NCBI RefSeq assembly: GCF_021869535.1
Contig: NW_026262701.1
Span: 84,258,001-84,322,000, forward strand
Direction of reading: 5' to 3'
Length of the DNA stretch: 64,000 bases
Source: Mytilus californianus
Lineage: Eukaryota
In this document: positions 37,001 to 52,000 of the stretch, in pieces
Numbering within the stretch: position 1 is the first letter of the stretch
Layout of the letters: each line of letters opens with the position of its first letter
Program-made: the position numbers and the translations under genes
The notes under the pieces: generated by a model
The model's input: only the letters and a program-made list of their open reading frames with translations
Databases searched by the model: none
Told to the model about the DNA's origin: nothing

Positions 37001-40000
37001 TTCTAAATTAATGTATTAGTTAAATTGGGAATGGAAACGGGGGATTTGTCAAAGAGACAATAACCCGATCAAAGAGCAGAAAACAGCCCAATGCCACCAA
37101 TGGGTCTTCAACACAGCGAGAAAATCTAGCACCTTGAGGCCGGCTTTAGCTGGCCACCGAAAACTAATTTATACTAGTTCAGCGAAAATGGACGTCACAC
37201 TAAATTCCGAAACATATAAATGAACCAATGTACACTTTTTCGAGGTGTATGTATTTTCATGTAATTCGCGGTATGTATCTTTTTGCGGAAAACAAATACA
37301 CCCGAATACAACTGAAGTGTATACGTGCGTATAAAAGCCTTGAATTAATATTGCCCGTATTTTTAACTCTACAGTTACGTTTACCCTAGATATATTCAAT
37401 TGAAACCCGAAAACGTTTAAACACAAGTAGAAATTAGTACTACAAAGGATTACACGTCAAAAAAATAATCCAGGCCAATCGAATTAGATACGCATTTTTT
37501 GTGTAAAAACAACCTAATGGAACAATACCTTTATCTTACGGACCACTTTCTAAGGATTGAATAAATATTATCATTTTGCAATAGGAACCTTGTTTTATAT
37601 TATAAAGCACCTAAGACTTTGAGAAACTTTAAATGCTTAATGAAATATTTCTAACTGGCGTTGTAATATTTTGACTGTCAAATCCAAAATGAATAACAAA
37701 CGAAGTTGAAAACAAAAACAATAACAATAAGCCCTAAAGGTTACACCCGTTTTAAAATGAAGCTCATTTACACGATAAAGACCATTATGTTAATATTGTT
37801 ATCAGAAATAATGCGACAATAAATAAAAGTGAATTCATCGGTTATATCAAGTTAATGAAAATAATACGCGCGAAAAAAGAACACTTACAACATGTTTCTT
37901 GTGTTTTTAGGAATAGATATCTATTGATATTTTTTTCTGGATATGTCATGAATATTAAGAAGATGATATTTATTATGTTTGACCCTAATTCTTGATTCAT
38001 TTTATTTCATTTATTTGTACACACCTGCATCCAAGGAAGACTGGTTTCTCACCGGGGGCAGTACATTTAGATTCCATTTTGAGACTGTTAACATGTGACA
38101 TTGATCGAACTGTGGCAGCAACATACCAAGGAAGACCGAAAAAAGAACACACCACAATACAGATCGTTGCTACTGTCAAATCTAAATGGTAGCCACAACC
38201 TTTCTGTAAAAGAGAAGAAAGGTCCATTCTTACCGTTTATATTTTTTTAATTGATTTTTGGTAAATTAAAGAACCCAAGCCAGACGGAAAAATATATGTT
38301 AGTCTGTTAGACTGTAGTATAAGGGTTGTTCAGATTACCCTAAAGTTATTTGAAAAATGGGAAAACATAGAACTAAATTGATAGCAAACGCCATAAACCA
38401 TATGCGCATAACCATTCAGAAAGACATATATCTAAAAAAACATCTTGTTTGTTTGCTACTACGCTAAATTTTACCTCAAATATCCATTTATTTTTTACAT
38501 GTGAAACACAATATAGTTTGTATATGACGGTATCAATTTAATCAATTACTTTTAAGAGACCCATTTTTTTAAGACAAAGAAATAGTTCGATCCCTGCTAA
38601 GTCTGTTCGTTGGGTTTTTCTATAATAACATAAACGGTACCAATTTTACTGCACCAGATGCGCTTTTCGACAATGTATGTCTCTTGTCTCTTCAGTGATG
38701 TTCTAGGCCAAAATATTTGAAATTCAAAATTTGTATACAATTTATATAAACTAAATCATAGCTAATCATTTAAAGTAATTAAAAAAAACTCGAACAAAGC
38801 GTTTAAACCACAGTCGAACTTAACATAACAAATAAAAGACGGTCGAACGCCCTCTTTTAGTATTTCTGTTTTAAACCCGTTCGTTTTTCTACTTTCGAAT
38901 GTTTTGTATTTTTGGATCGATTGCCTCTGATGTTATTTCATAAACACGAGTTATGCGGACAGAAATCGATCGTTAACGTTTTTGTTTTAAGAAATCACTA
39001 TACAATTTCGTATCACCAGCTCAGTAGTCAGCACTTTTGTGTCATAAGTTATCATTGATATGGTCATAATCTTAAATTTACTGTTAATAAAACTTTTTTT
39101 TCAAAATACTAAGGATTTTCTACCACAGGAATATATAACTTTAGCTGTATTTTGCAAAACTTTTCGGAATGTTAGGTCCTCAATGATCTTCAAATTAGTA
39201 CTTTATTTGGCCTTTCTAACATTTTGGATTCAAGATTCACTGATGAGTCTTTTTTTAATCCTGTTATCCATCATGAGTTTCTTCACAAAACATTTTCACT
39301 AATAGTGTTAAAAGTGAATAAAAAATAACAAATTTACGATGAGTAAAATGCATTTAAAAAGTCCACATTTATATCCGTATAATTTTAATAAACTAAGAAA
39401 TTTAACCTTTAACTGATTTTCCTTTCTGTTTATGATAACAGCTGTAATTTGTTGATCCATAAAAATCAGAATTACAGCTACAACCGCTGGTAGAGATGCA
39501 AGTATCATTGTCCACCAGGGATTACCAGAGCTGAACGGACTGATAAACCATGGCCTTGTAGGGTCTGAAGGCTACAATACATTTAACAATCAAACTAACT
39601 ATATCAATCTGTGAAAATCTTGGAAAGAAGTGCAATTTACTGATAAAAAAGGAAATAAAAGAATTGGCATCAACCAAAAAGTAGAACATTTAACGTTGAT
39701 TTTTTAAATATAGATATAAGCATCAATAGTTTACCAATGTCCAAATACTTAATCGAGTATAAAGACAAATCAAGGTAACACACAGTAACGAAGGGAATCG
39801 CTTGAACTCCAATGTAGCAAGACCAGGTACTTAGACAGGGTATGCATCTTCTGCGATGCGTACATTATAGTCTTAATGTAATGGATAACGTCTTAACCAA
39901 ACCTGAATTTTATCTGGAACTATTAGCTTCGGAGTTGGTACTCCTAATCTTGCATCAAATAATACCATTAAACAAATGGCGATGAAGACTGCAAAGTCTC

Positions 40001-43000
40001 CTATGGTCTGTCGAACCTATAAACAAAATTGCAATGGCTATTAAGTGCATACACTGTGAACAGGATTTTGTATAGCGGAAAGAGAAGGTTAACAACACAC
40101 TCTGTTCTTAACATCGTCAGAAAATTTGAATAAAAAAAATAAACACAAAACAAATTACGTCGGACGACTGCAAGCTGTAACTGATGAAATAGCTCATATA
40201 AAATACTTGAATCAGTAAGGCTAAAAGGATTTGTAGTTTCAAATTGTTAACGAATGACCAAACCCTACTTATAGATTTTAACAAATTGGTTCATGCTGTA
40301 TAATAATATATTTTGTAGAATTTTCTATCTCAATATACCATGATTGAATTCATCGTACATCATTGTGATTTCTCAGAAATAAAGATAAGAATTGAGTTTT
40401 TAAGTTAAAAAAAACAATTATCTTACTTAACATTTTCTGAAGTTCCAATTTAATCTGTATATAGGTCATTTTTTAGGAATACACTTATGAAGAAAAGTGA
40501 TTCAGTTAGAAAAGCAATGACTTTAAACTTACTATTGTCGGGAAGAATCGACTTTTCTTCATCATAACCAACCACCACGCAATTGCAAAAGTTCCAATAC
40601 CAAGTATGATAGATAAGAAAAACACATTGTCATGATAAATTGGTGTTTCACAACCGGAACCTTCCAAGACGCCTCCTAGATCAACACAATCCTCCTTCTT
40701 TATACTATTCCAGTTGATAGTTGAATTCATCGTTGAATTTAAATTCAAATAAGAAGTTAGCATAGTAGTGATATTCTCAGTCTGATTATTAGGAACACAG
40801 GTGCATGAATAGTCTAATGGTATGTCTGGATGTGTATTATATATATGTGTGTCAGCTATTGATACTATCTTTTTAATTGATTCGACTATGAAAATAATAG
40901 CTATTAAGCAAGCAAAACTTTCTTCGGTAAATCTCGTTATATAACGAACTAATGCACTCAAGTCAAACGCAATAATGATCAGTAAAAAAATAGGGCTAAC
41001 CACAGACCTATCATACATCTAAATGACATAAAATCCCATGTGTTGTCCCTAAAAATAAAATAAGAATAAACATTATTTCTTATCATAAACGATTAGAATC
41101 GAAAGCTGAAGAAATGTTTGTTTTGTCAATTAGTCCAATTATGTACAATTTCCATAACAAGAAAGGTTTTATTTATAAATTGTTTTGCTTTTCAAAAATT
41201 GAAATCTTTTGTTCTTCAAAACACGTGGATTAGACTGCAATATGTGTTAAGTGGAGCTTGTGTAGGCTGGTTCCCTCCCTTGCAACATATCTGAGACACC
41301 CTTGTTGTCAAGTCAGATCCAAATAGATAAAGGACAGAGAACCAGTCTAGAGCTTGTGTTACTAAAAAATATAAATATTGTTTGAGTTAATATTTGTTTT
41401 TGATTCTTTATTTGGTGGTCGTCGTGTCTGTCTATTCTCTTACTGATTCAACGTTGATAACTACTCATTTAGATCTTGATTTTTTTGTAAAATATGTTTG
41501 CTAGTTTCGAGTACTTACTGGCTGTCGAACTGTTATTATACATACCTACACATGTTATAGATTATTATCTCAAGTACTAAAACAGGACCAGTACTACCCA
41601 TTATGATAAGTGGCTGTCCACCAAACAATGCAAACGCCAGATTAACAAATGCAACGGCTAAAAGACATTCCATTGTTCCCTGTAAATAAAACACAAAAGG
41701 GAATTTTTTGTGTATAAACTTTTTATTGTATCTGCTGCAGTGTACTTCAAAATTATAGACATGACTACTGATGACTATAGATATTACGCATGCCGGGCAG
41801 AACAAGTTAACCGTACTGGATTACATTTATTGTGTCATCCGTTATTTATTTCAAAGATCGTATTGAATATGATTTACCTTTAAGTGCTGTCAGTTCTTTA
41901 TTATTCACATTTATCTTCTTTTTTTCTTTCTTTCCTGTCTCAATGATGTATATCCCTAATTTCCTGTAAATGTCTGTGTAATACTTTGTTTGTTAGTATT
42001 CATCTTCGTCTTAAACTATCGCTTTTGTACTTTTACATACTTTATGAGATCGAATTCTATTGATTGCACGATATCTTAATACATCAAAATATAGACAATG
42101 AACGTTTGAAGTTGAAAATGAATTATTTGGAAATCAATGCTAAAGAATGATATATTTAGATATTTTGATATCATAAATGTTGAGCCAAAAATAACATAAC
42201 ATTAATTTTGTATATTATATCATTTTTAAATGTTAATTTTTAAACAATGACGGAAACTGAAGTTGCATTAAAATAAAAGAATAATTCGAATCCTTTTGTG
42301 AAAAAAAATTCTGCAATGCCTTTGTCAACGAAAATATCATTCAGAAAATTGTAAAAGGGAAATAAAAGAAATTAAAAAATGTTAAACATTTGATGCATAT
42401 TCCTTTTATCATACTGTCAATCCATTATAAAATTCAGGTTAATTTGACTGTTATCAAACCATTAGTGTAAAAAAATTGCAATGAATTTATATCTTTATTT
42501 ACTACAACAAATGCAACAACGAAGAAATTGAATTAATGATTATACATGTACCACCCAAGTTATTTCAAAATCGTATTTCGCATCTAGAATCTCACTCCTT
42601 CAACGAATGTCGCTGTAAAAAGTATTGTGATCCACAAGATTTTTTTGGGATGAATATTTTGCTTTACTGAAAACTTACCATGTGCTGGTCTGTTTCCTGA
42701 CCCAGAAAAGCTCCAAATGTAATGTTAGGTGCCAGTGTAGCTAGATACATGAAAAGTATAGAACCAATACACTGTATGTGTAAACCATCCTTAAAGTCGC
42801 TGATGTAAAAAGGAATTTTTCGTTTAACATCTTTTATAAGACCTCCAAACAATCTACAAAAAAGAAAATTTATTTTTTATGCTCGTCAAAAAAATAATAC
42901 GACTGTTAAAATTAGATTTTTAGGACACATTACCTTTATTCAACGGATTGTATGCCAAAAAAAACCGTATTACATATAAATTATGAATTGACAAATGTAT

Positions 43001-46000
43001 TAATGAAAAACAAGAAAGCAACGATCGATCACAACAAAAATCAGAGGACTTAACCGATATGATAGTACAAACAGAGGGCGATTAGAGTCGTCAACGGTAA
43101 TTGGTGAGGGTGATTAAAACTTTTTAGTTATTACATGATCGTTCCGAATTTCAATGAATGTGTTGTGAAAAATGATTTTGTTGGTAAATGCCAAGTTTAA
43201 CAGGATTGAAATCATGAAACATCAATTTGTAGGTATTGCTGCCAAATTCCGGATTTTCGATGATTGTTATTTATTTTTCTGTTAATTTTACATCTGTTGT
43301 TCTTTAAATTGTAAAGCGAACACACTGTTTACTCGATTGGTTTGCCAAATGAAAATTGAAAAGGGAATTACATGAAGACTGTTACAACCAAGTTTCGTCT
43401 GAAAGTGTCGGTGAATAAAGGCATAATACTAAATGCCTCATAAGCAAAACTTTCAGAACGAAGAGAGAATGTGGTAAATATTGCAATGAAATTTCTAAAG
43501 TAGCAACTGCAGTTGGAATCAGTTCTAGTCTAACTTTAGAACTGTCAGAATAAACATTTCAAAGAACTGTCATTATCAGTTTAAGAACGGTTTCACTTAA
43601 TAACACTAGAACTGTTCTAGGTACAATGTACGTTCCTAATAAACTATGTTTGAAATGATATAGATGAAATTCTCTGAAATCCTCTACTATTAAACGAACC
43701 ACTTGAAAATCTTTTTAATCACAATTTGTGAGCGGAATAGTCCAAATTTACAGAGCAGTTCAAATTCTCGTTGCGTTATCCGGGCATTGCCATTCTCCAG
43801 GACATACTAATTGATAATGTTTTCTTAGTTTGGTCAATAATTACGCTTGCTTTTACCATAACAAATAGATTATATTTACCACATAAATCAGCCACTGTAA
43901 GCTTAAAAACGATACATATGAATATATCTACATACCTTCCGGTCCGAACAAGTGTATCGTCATTTTGTTCATGATCCTTTTCTTCAGACTTGGATTTGGT
44001 CGAGAAAAAATTTCGTCTTTCCTGTAGAAATAAGGTTGATATATCAAGAACAATTTGAACCGTACAATACTATTGCAGATTTTTGGCATTTTCAATTTTT
44101 CATTTAACATGATTGCTTAATGCAACTTCGATCAAGTTTTATTCGATTAAAAAAAATCTTAAAGTATGAATGAAACGAGAAAACAATCATATGAATTGCC
44201 TCTTTGGCTCCAATAACTAGATGTATCAATAACTACAAACTGTAAACACTCCCTTTACTAATAAATCATATATATCTTCAGTGATCAATAAAAAGGCTAA
44301 CCATCTGTCTATGGATGTTGACGTCTGTTTTTGTGGTTTTTTCCTGTCTCAATGATGTGTATACTTCATTTCCTTTTAGAAATGTTTGTGTGCATTTTAT
44401 TATGTAAAGCAGTTGTCATCATTTATATCTCTGATGTTGAGTTCTTTAAAGAATTTGATGTTGAAGGCATATCATTGGTAGCCTCTGCTAAATTCATTCA
44501 CATCTTGTCTACAATTCCGGTGATTCGATGCTTGTTATGTGGTATACATACTTATTGTTGCAGAGTTTATATCGACTTTTAAATAGGTTTTTTATATGTG
44601 GGTTGTCATCATTGGTGACTGATTTGTTTACGTATAAAATCCTATATTTTTACTAACATGTAAATCAAGCATTAATGTTTGTCATACAAATTATCAAATG
44701 AATGAAATAAATGCTTTAATAAAAATTCCAAATCAAAACCTTTCTGTGGATACAATACAACAAAAATATAAAAAAAAATTGTATGAATAAATAATTTCCT
44801 TTGGTACGTAATTTTGTTTAATTTTGTTGACTCTATAGAAGTAAGAATAAGCTTCAACAACCTGAGAAGGTGCTGTGGTTGGTGGGTCTAAGCGTACATC
44901 AGGGTCCCATTGGCCTGGTGGAAGTACTGTTAGCTGGTCTAAAAATTCGTCGAATCCATGCATAATGTCATCCCGTGATTTTGCTTTGTATGCAACTTCA
45001 CTGAATATCTGTAAATGTTAAGATTCTCATTTAGGCAGTATATAATTAAAAGCTATCAAATTTGAAAAGACGTTAAGTACTGTTTGTTATATTTCGTCTT
45101 GAAACTTTAATTAAACAAAAAAATGTCTATAAATGAATTAATAATACATTTTTCACTAACTGCTTTTAGGAAAAAAGGCGGAGGATACCAAGGTAATATT
45201 CTAAGCCTATAAGTCGAAAGAAAACCGTGTCAAAAAAAAAACCAAACAAGCGAAAGAAAAAAAAAAACAATACATAGCAAGCTTTGAGAAAAAAAATTGT
45301 CCTGCATATCTCACCTCGTCGACCATCATATTGGAAATTGCTCTTCCTATTTCAAATGCATAGTTTGGTTCAGATTTCGGAGTAAGATGAAGGAAAATGA
45401 ACCTGGTAGGTAAAGCCACTTGTGATAAGTCACCAATAAATCTGGGTTCAATCAATCGAATGAATGCTGTGACTGGTTTTTTCAAATCATCCAATTCACC
45501 AACCCAGACATTAGCAACTTCTGCTCCTTCAGGAATCTTTTTCATAAACGGTGTATTAAACTGCAGAAAAAAATGGTGTTTTGATCAGTTATTACAAATG
45601 TAGGTAAAGATATATCATATAGTACGATGGTTACTGGTTTAACAAATTGGTACAAATGAATAGTTAAATTTTGAAGTCAGAAAAAACAATTTTATTACCG
45701 GTACTTCTGTCGATAATTTGTTATCTACACATGTTAATAATTATTTTTTTTTATATTTAAACAACCCCTATTTATTTTGTTTTGCTTTATTCTCCATTGG
45801 GAGTGGGCTGCTGTTCATTTTGACGGCAATATGTTGACTTCTAGATGATCCTTCATTATCCGTTATCTATAAGTTGGTCATATATATGAAAGAATCTTAC
45901 TATCAATTATAGAAAGTCATTTTTTATTTACGAATAAAACATGAAAATAACCCTTTCTGCGTACTTTATTTGACCTTTTCAACTTTTTTTTATTCGAGCG

Positions 46001-49000
46001 TCACTGATGAGTTTTTTTGTTAGTCGAAATGCGCGTCTCGCGTACAAAATTTAACCCTGGTAAATTTACTGTTAATGCTATGAAGATAACGAAACACAAA
46101 GATTTTACCAGAAGCAATAGCTAACCTTAGCAAGATTTGGATTAAACTGCTTGTTACTGCAGTCGCTATGATTTATTAGAAACAACAGAAATTTTCAATC
46201 TTACCTATTTTAAATCCCACAAACAATAAATATGATTTGAACCAATGTACTATTCTTATGCAGCCAGCAACTATGTTAATAATATAAGTAGAACATTTCA
46301 GAAGAAAGTGCGGACAGATCAACAGATGCTTGCCTGTAGCCATAATATCTAAAACATTTACCTGTTTACCAAAAACACTGGGAGTTTGTAGAGTTCTGTT
46401 TCAAGGAGGAACTCATTTTGGAAATGAAATGTTTTTTAATGGTCAACAGTAATCGTTCAAAATATGAAACCGAATGAGCAATACCCGCCTACGTAATCTG
46501 TTAATCATTTTGATATTAAATATATTATAGAATTTCATTTTAACGAATGATCGGCAGTTATTTATGTCAGATGTATACTTTAATAATTTGATGATTTTTT
46601 ATCGAAAGGTATGCAATTTTGATCGGAGAGGTGCCGCGAAAAACATAAATTTGACTTGAAATATATAAATATAAGTAATTTCATTAGAATTCTAAACTTA
46701 AATAAAATTTTAACAGAACACTATTCATCGGTCTGATACCAATAATTTTGGAAAGTTCTGAACTCTATTGACAAACATGCTGATTGGTAAACTAATCTGT
46801 AACTATGGTTATCAATGATTTCATGTCCATGAAAGCCATCGTGCTTTGAAATTATTTATAACATACATTAAATTTTTCGTTAATAAATTAAAAAAAATGT
46901 AAGAAACTAAGGTTCCAAGTCCCTTAAGCTAAGTTGACCTTTAGTGCATTTGCTTTTTTTAAGTATATTTTTGTAAGGAAGTTATCATTCCGGTCTTTCA
47001 AATTGCTGGATTTTAGCGTTTCAAATTAAAGTAAAAACTCACGAGAGATACCAGGCTCATATTGTAGTACAACAGGCCCGCGTATGTCCATAAAACGCTT
47101 CGGACGCATTACATTCATAAAATGATATTTTAGTTTTCTTTCACTTGGTCCATATCGATGCTTGTGAACCTTTAGTCCCAATGATATCATTAGCCAAGTA
47201 GTCAGTGCTTTGCAACTGACATACTTAATAACATTTTTTTCTAAAATTTCGCGCTGAAAAAATTAGAAATTATAAGAAACTAAGGCTCTAACTCCCTCAG
47301 GCAAAATTGAATTTATATAGTTTTTTGCTATTATTTTAATGTAAAATTGGTAACAGAGCCCGACAATTATTTATACATCCTTGGCTTTTGAAAGTTTAGA
47401 CTTGATCGTTCCTGGTGAAGATTAATACAGAAAAGCGCTTTGGACATAATTTACAAGTTTTATGATCATTAAATCATTCGGAAACGATCAAATTTGCAAC
47501 GTTTCCTACTATCCAATAGAGAAATTCTCGACCATAAGAATAAGTAAATCCTGATCTTTATTCCATTAATCCGTATGGATGATTCTGAAAATGACGTCGA
47601 CCAAAGCCAAAGTAAAACAACCAGTCGATCTACAATGAAAGGCAGATGCACATTGAAATGATTATAACATAAACGGTATCAATTGTAATGCAACAGATAC
47701 GTATTTTGACAATTTATGTAAATTCAGTGATGCTCGAGGCCAAAATATTTGAATACCCGCTATCTAAGACAAGAATAGCCAAAATCCAGACAAGGAATTA
47801 GAGTTTTGCCTGAGGGAGATATATTCCTTAATTTAAAATAAAATGATACATCCTTATTTCTTTTTTTTTTTCAAAAGAGAATAAAAAAAGCATGAAACCG
47901 TAATTGATAGTATAAATCATTTATAAACAAATACTCACTTTCACCAAGGGAGACGTCTCTTGCTTATCACTAAGTAAGTCATCTTCATGTTGAGCTCTTA
48001 TTCTAGCGAATTCTGTATCACTGATGGCTATCATTATGAAATTAAAAGTTAATCTTCCGAAAGTGTACAATAAGATAATTTAAGTATGGTGTGAATTAGA
48101 GAAGATTTTGGGTATACGTCAAAGATAGAAAAGTCAAAACTACGTTTTTGCTAAGTGTATTGACACCCTTAGTTTTCCTAAAAATAACTTAAATCATAAA
48201 TTTTCAATTAAAACTGAGTACAATGTCAGATGTAAAAATCACAATTCATCTCTGGTCCAAAAAAAATAACTAGATACTTGAATCTTAAAACAGGAAAAAC
48301 GTTTCCAAATAATTTATATAAAAAAACTTTTCATTTATAATTAACGAAATTGATCAATAATTGAATAAAATAATATAATCTTGTTTCAACTGAAATGCTT
48401 TAATTTTCCTTTTCTTTTACTGTATATTTGTGTCATTTGGTCTCTTGTGGAGAGTTGTCTCGTTGGCAATCATACCACATCTTTTATATTTTTATATTTG
48501 CTGCAAAACCTCCGGCAAGATCAAAGGGTTAAAATTACTAAAGTAAACAATAACAACTGTATTTTTAGCTCACCTGGCCAAAAGGGCCAAGTGAGCTTTT
48601 CTCATCACTTGGCGTCCGTCGTCCGTCGTCGTCCGTCGTTAACTTTTATAAAAATCTTCTCCTCTGAAACTACTGGGTCCAAGTTAACCAAATTTGGCAA
48701 CAATCATCATTGGAGTATCTAGTTTTAAAAAGTGCCCGACGTCCGGCATTGAGAGCAAATCTGACTAAGTAAAAATGTTCATCAGGTTTAGATCTATCTG
48801 CCCTGCAATTTTCAGACGAATCAGACAACCCGTTGTTGGGTTGCTGCCCCTGAATTAGTAATTTCAAGGAAATTTTACAGTTTTTAGTTATCATCTTGAA
48901 TATTTTATAGATAGATATAAACTGTAAACAGCTATCATATTCAGCAAAGTAAGATCTTCAAATAAGTCAACATGACCAAAATTGTCAATTGATTCCTTAA

Positions 49001-52000
49001 GGAGTTATTGCCCTTTAAAGTCAATTTTTAACAATTTTTCGTAAATTTTTGTGATCTTTTCCAAAAATCGTCTCCTCTGAAACTACTGGGCCAAATAGAA
49101 TCAAACTTGGCCACAAAAAAAATAGGTTATTTAGTTTAAAAAGTGTGTCCGATGACCCCGCCTGCTAACAAAGATGGCCGACGTGGCTAGAAATAGAACA
49201 TATGGGGTAAAATGCAAGTCTATTATTCTGATAACCGTTATAAATAGAGGAAATCTGAAAGAATAAAATTGTTTAGAATGTTGAGCTCTACCAATTGTCC
49301 ATATGCGTCAAAACTGTCAGACGATTTCCTGTAGGAGTTATTGCACTTAAATGACAAGTTTTACCACTTTTTTTTTATTTTTGTCGATTATCTTGAAAAC
49401 TATAATAGATAGAGAGAAACTTTAAATTGCAAAAATGATCAGAAAGACAAGTTCTACAAATAAGTTTTATGGTTGAAATCGTCAATTGACTCCTTATTAG
49501 AGTTATTGTCCTTTGATGACGATTTGTTCAAATTTGTTTTGCGTTTTTGTCTTATATCTTAAAAATTATAATAGATAGAAAGAAACTTAAATTAACAAAA
49601 ATGATCAGCAAGACAAGATCTACATTTAAGATAAATGGTAAAAATTGTCCGAAGAAACTTTATTGGAGTTATTGCCCTTAAATGACGATTTTTACTATTT
49701 TTTGGCGTTTTGCCTTATATGATAAAAATTATAATAGATAGATAGAAACTTAAATAATCAAAATGATAAGCAAGACAAGACCTACTTACAAGTCAAATTT
49801 TGCCGATATAATTAGTAGACTGTTACTCTTTATAGGAGTTATTGCCCTTAAATTAGGAATTTTTTTTACCCTCTTTTGTGTTTGGAGCAAAAGCTAAATA
49901 AGATAGAGAGAAACTTTTCAATGATCAGCAATATAAGATAAAAAAAAAACGAGAGATTTTTGTCATTAATTCTATTCTCGTCTACAATGGTGGAGAGTGT
50001 CCTTTGTTGAATATGCATATAGACTAAGGTGAGCGAAACGGGCTTTTTTTAGCCTCCAGCTAAAAAAAATTTTACACTTGAATAATATAAAGCGTTTGTA
50101 TAAACCTAATTCATCATGTACAACATAATTATGACGCATAATAATTTTTGACGTATACCAAAATTTAGTTTGTGGTACTTTTTATAAAATGTATTAGACA
50201 GGACCCTATATTGATTTCAAAAGTGGATAGGCGATTTGACTTACTTTTAGGCATCTTGCAATGTGTTATTATGCTTGATTTCATCTTCGTAGCTCTGTGT
50301 TTACGTTTCTGCTCATGCTCGTGGCGTGTTAACAATGTGGATCTTATTGAATTTTTAGTGTTTTTCGTCATGGTTCTTATTTTTGCTAGCTCTTCAGTGA
50401 TCAGTTCTGTAAACATAAAAAATGATATTTACATGTCAAATATGATGGTAAATTGTATGTAGGAAAGGTATGTGCTTTATTTTATTTAAAGTGTAGAATG
50501 CATTGCTCGTTAGTAAGGCATCTTGTTTTTACATTTTAGGTCGGATTAACTGCAGAACAATCATTGAACCAATTGTGTAACTCTGAAATCAGAAATATAC
50601 AATTGCATCACCACCTCTCGTGATAAACAGTATCTAAATTACAAGGGCGATGTGGAATTTAAACGTAGATATATTTTAAGACAATAATTGAAATAGTCGG
50701 TCTAAGACTGAGATGCACTTACCAGCTAATTCAGGCATACTTCTAACATGAGCCTCAAGTATTATTGCTCCTGTTGACATCTGTGTCTTTAACTCAAGAA
50801 GATAGTGTAATGTTACAGAGGAGACGTGTGGTTTTGACCAACGTTTCCCATTCTCTTCAACATCCTCTTCATACTTAACCCATCTTAAATGGTAATTTAT
50901 TTTCAGATTTTAACTAATTGCAATTCATTAAGAAATCAATATTTAGGTGGTAGTGTGTTACTTTCATGATGCGTACGTTTGTGTAATAGCAAATGCGTTT
51001 GAACACAGCAAATGATACATGTTTCAATGTAATGAACATTATCTTGCTTCTTGATGCGATGTAAGAGTTCATACACCAATGTTACGTATCGTTATTACAA
51101 AGGTGGTTCTTTAGTTGTTACAAATATTTCTTAAATTTTTTGTTGGTAAATTTAAGAATTAAAAGGCAACTAAGGTTCCAAATTACGCAGGTGAAGATGC
51201 GTTTTGATAATATATATATATGCTATTGTTTGGTCATATAGCTGTTCAAGTATTTAAATAACCCTGAGCTTAAAAATGTTTGTCTTTGAGCTTTTATGAT
51301 GAACTATAATTCAGATAACGCTTCGGTAACGCTTTGAATAACTTAAATTTGAATGTTTTTATCATTTACTAGCACAGAGTTAACAGCAATGCTGATCGTA
51401 GGTTCCGAATGGTATCATAGGCTAAGTGGTCAGTGTTTCTGCACTGCCATGATTTATAAATTCCATTTATTAAATGTTTAGTTCATTGATTTGAAAATTA
51501 TTTGGAAACTATAGTTCCAACTCCCTTGCTCCCTTGCTCCATCCTTTGGTTTTAAATTTTTGGTTATGAGTGTTTCACACAAATGTTTCAGGTGGAACAG
51601 ATGAATGTAAATCCAGAAAGCTGCTTTGGACACACCACATTTCTAAAGTGGTATTGTTATTTGATTTTATAAGTATTCATCCCTTATCCTATTCCCGCGA
51701 TACTCAGAATAATAAAAGATACATAGAAAATCAAACATAAGTCCAAAAAATATTGTCAAATCTAGCCTGAACTGTTTAATTTGTATAAGATTACATATAT
51801 TTTGAACATCACTCGTACCATTACATTATTGTCTATACATTATACCTTGCAGATTCCATCCACGTTACCTCCTCGTCCGTCTTTGTCAATACATCCAACT
51901 GACAAAAAACAACTGGTGTCTTTTCATCATTTTTAGTGATCAGATCTAGAACTAATCTAGATATGGATCGAATACCTGCAAACAAACAAAAAAATAATTA

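Noticed and set aside
40420-40450. 28-nt segment with TACAG/GTAAGA splice-like ends in an SLC4 intron
   Set aside because: It is frame-breaking, the flanking exons join correctly without it, and it cannot rescue the upstream frameshift because a stop precedes it.
44331-44582. Exon-like composition in an SLC4 intron
   Set aside because: Minus-strand frames after the candidate acceptors hit stops, and the neighbouring exons already join in phase.
47469-47651. 60-aa minus ORF in an SLC4 intron
   Set aside because: No suitable splice sites or homology, and it is not needed for phase continuity.
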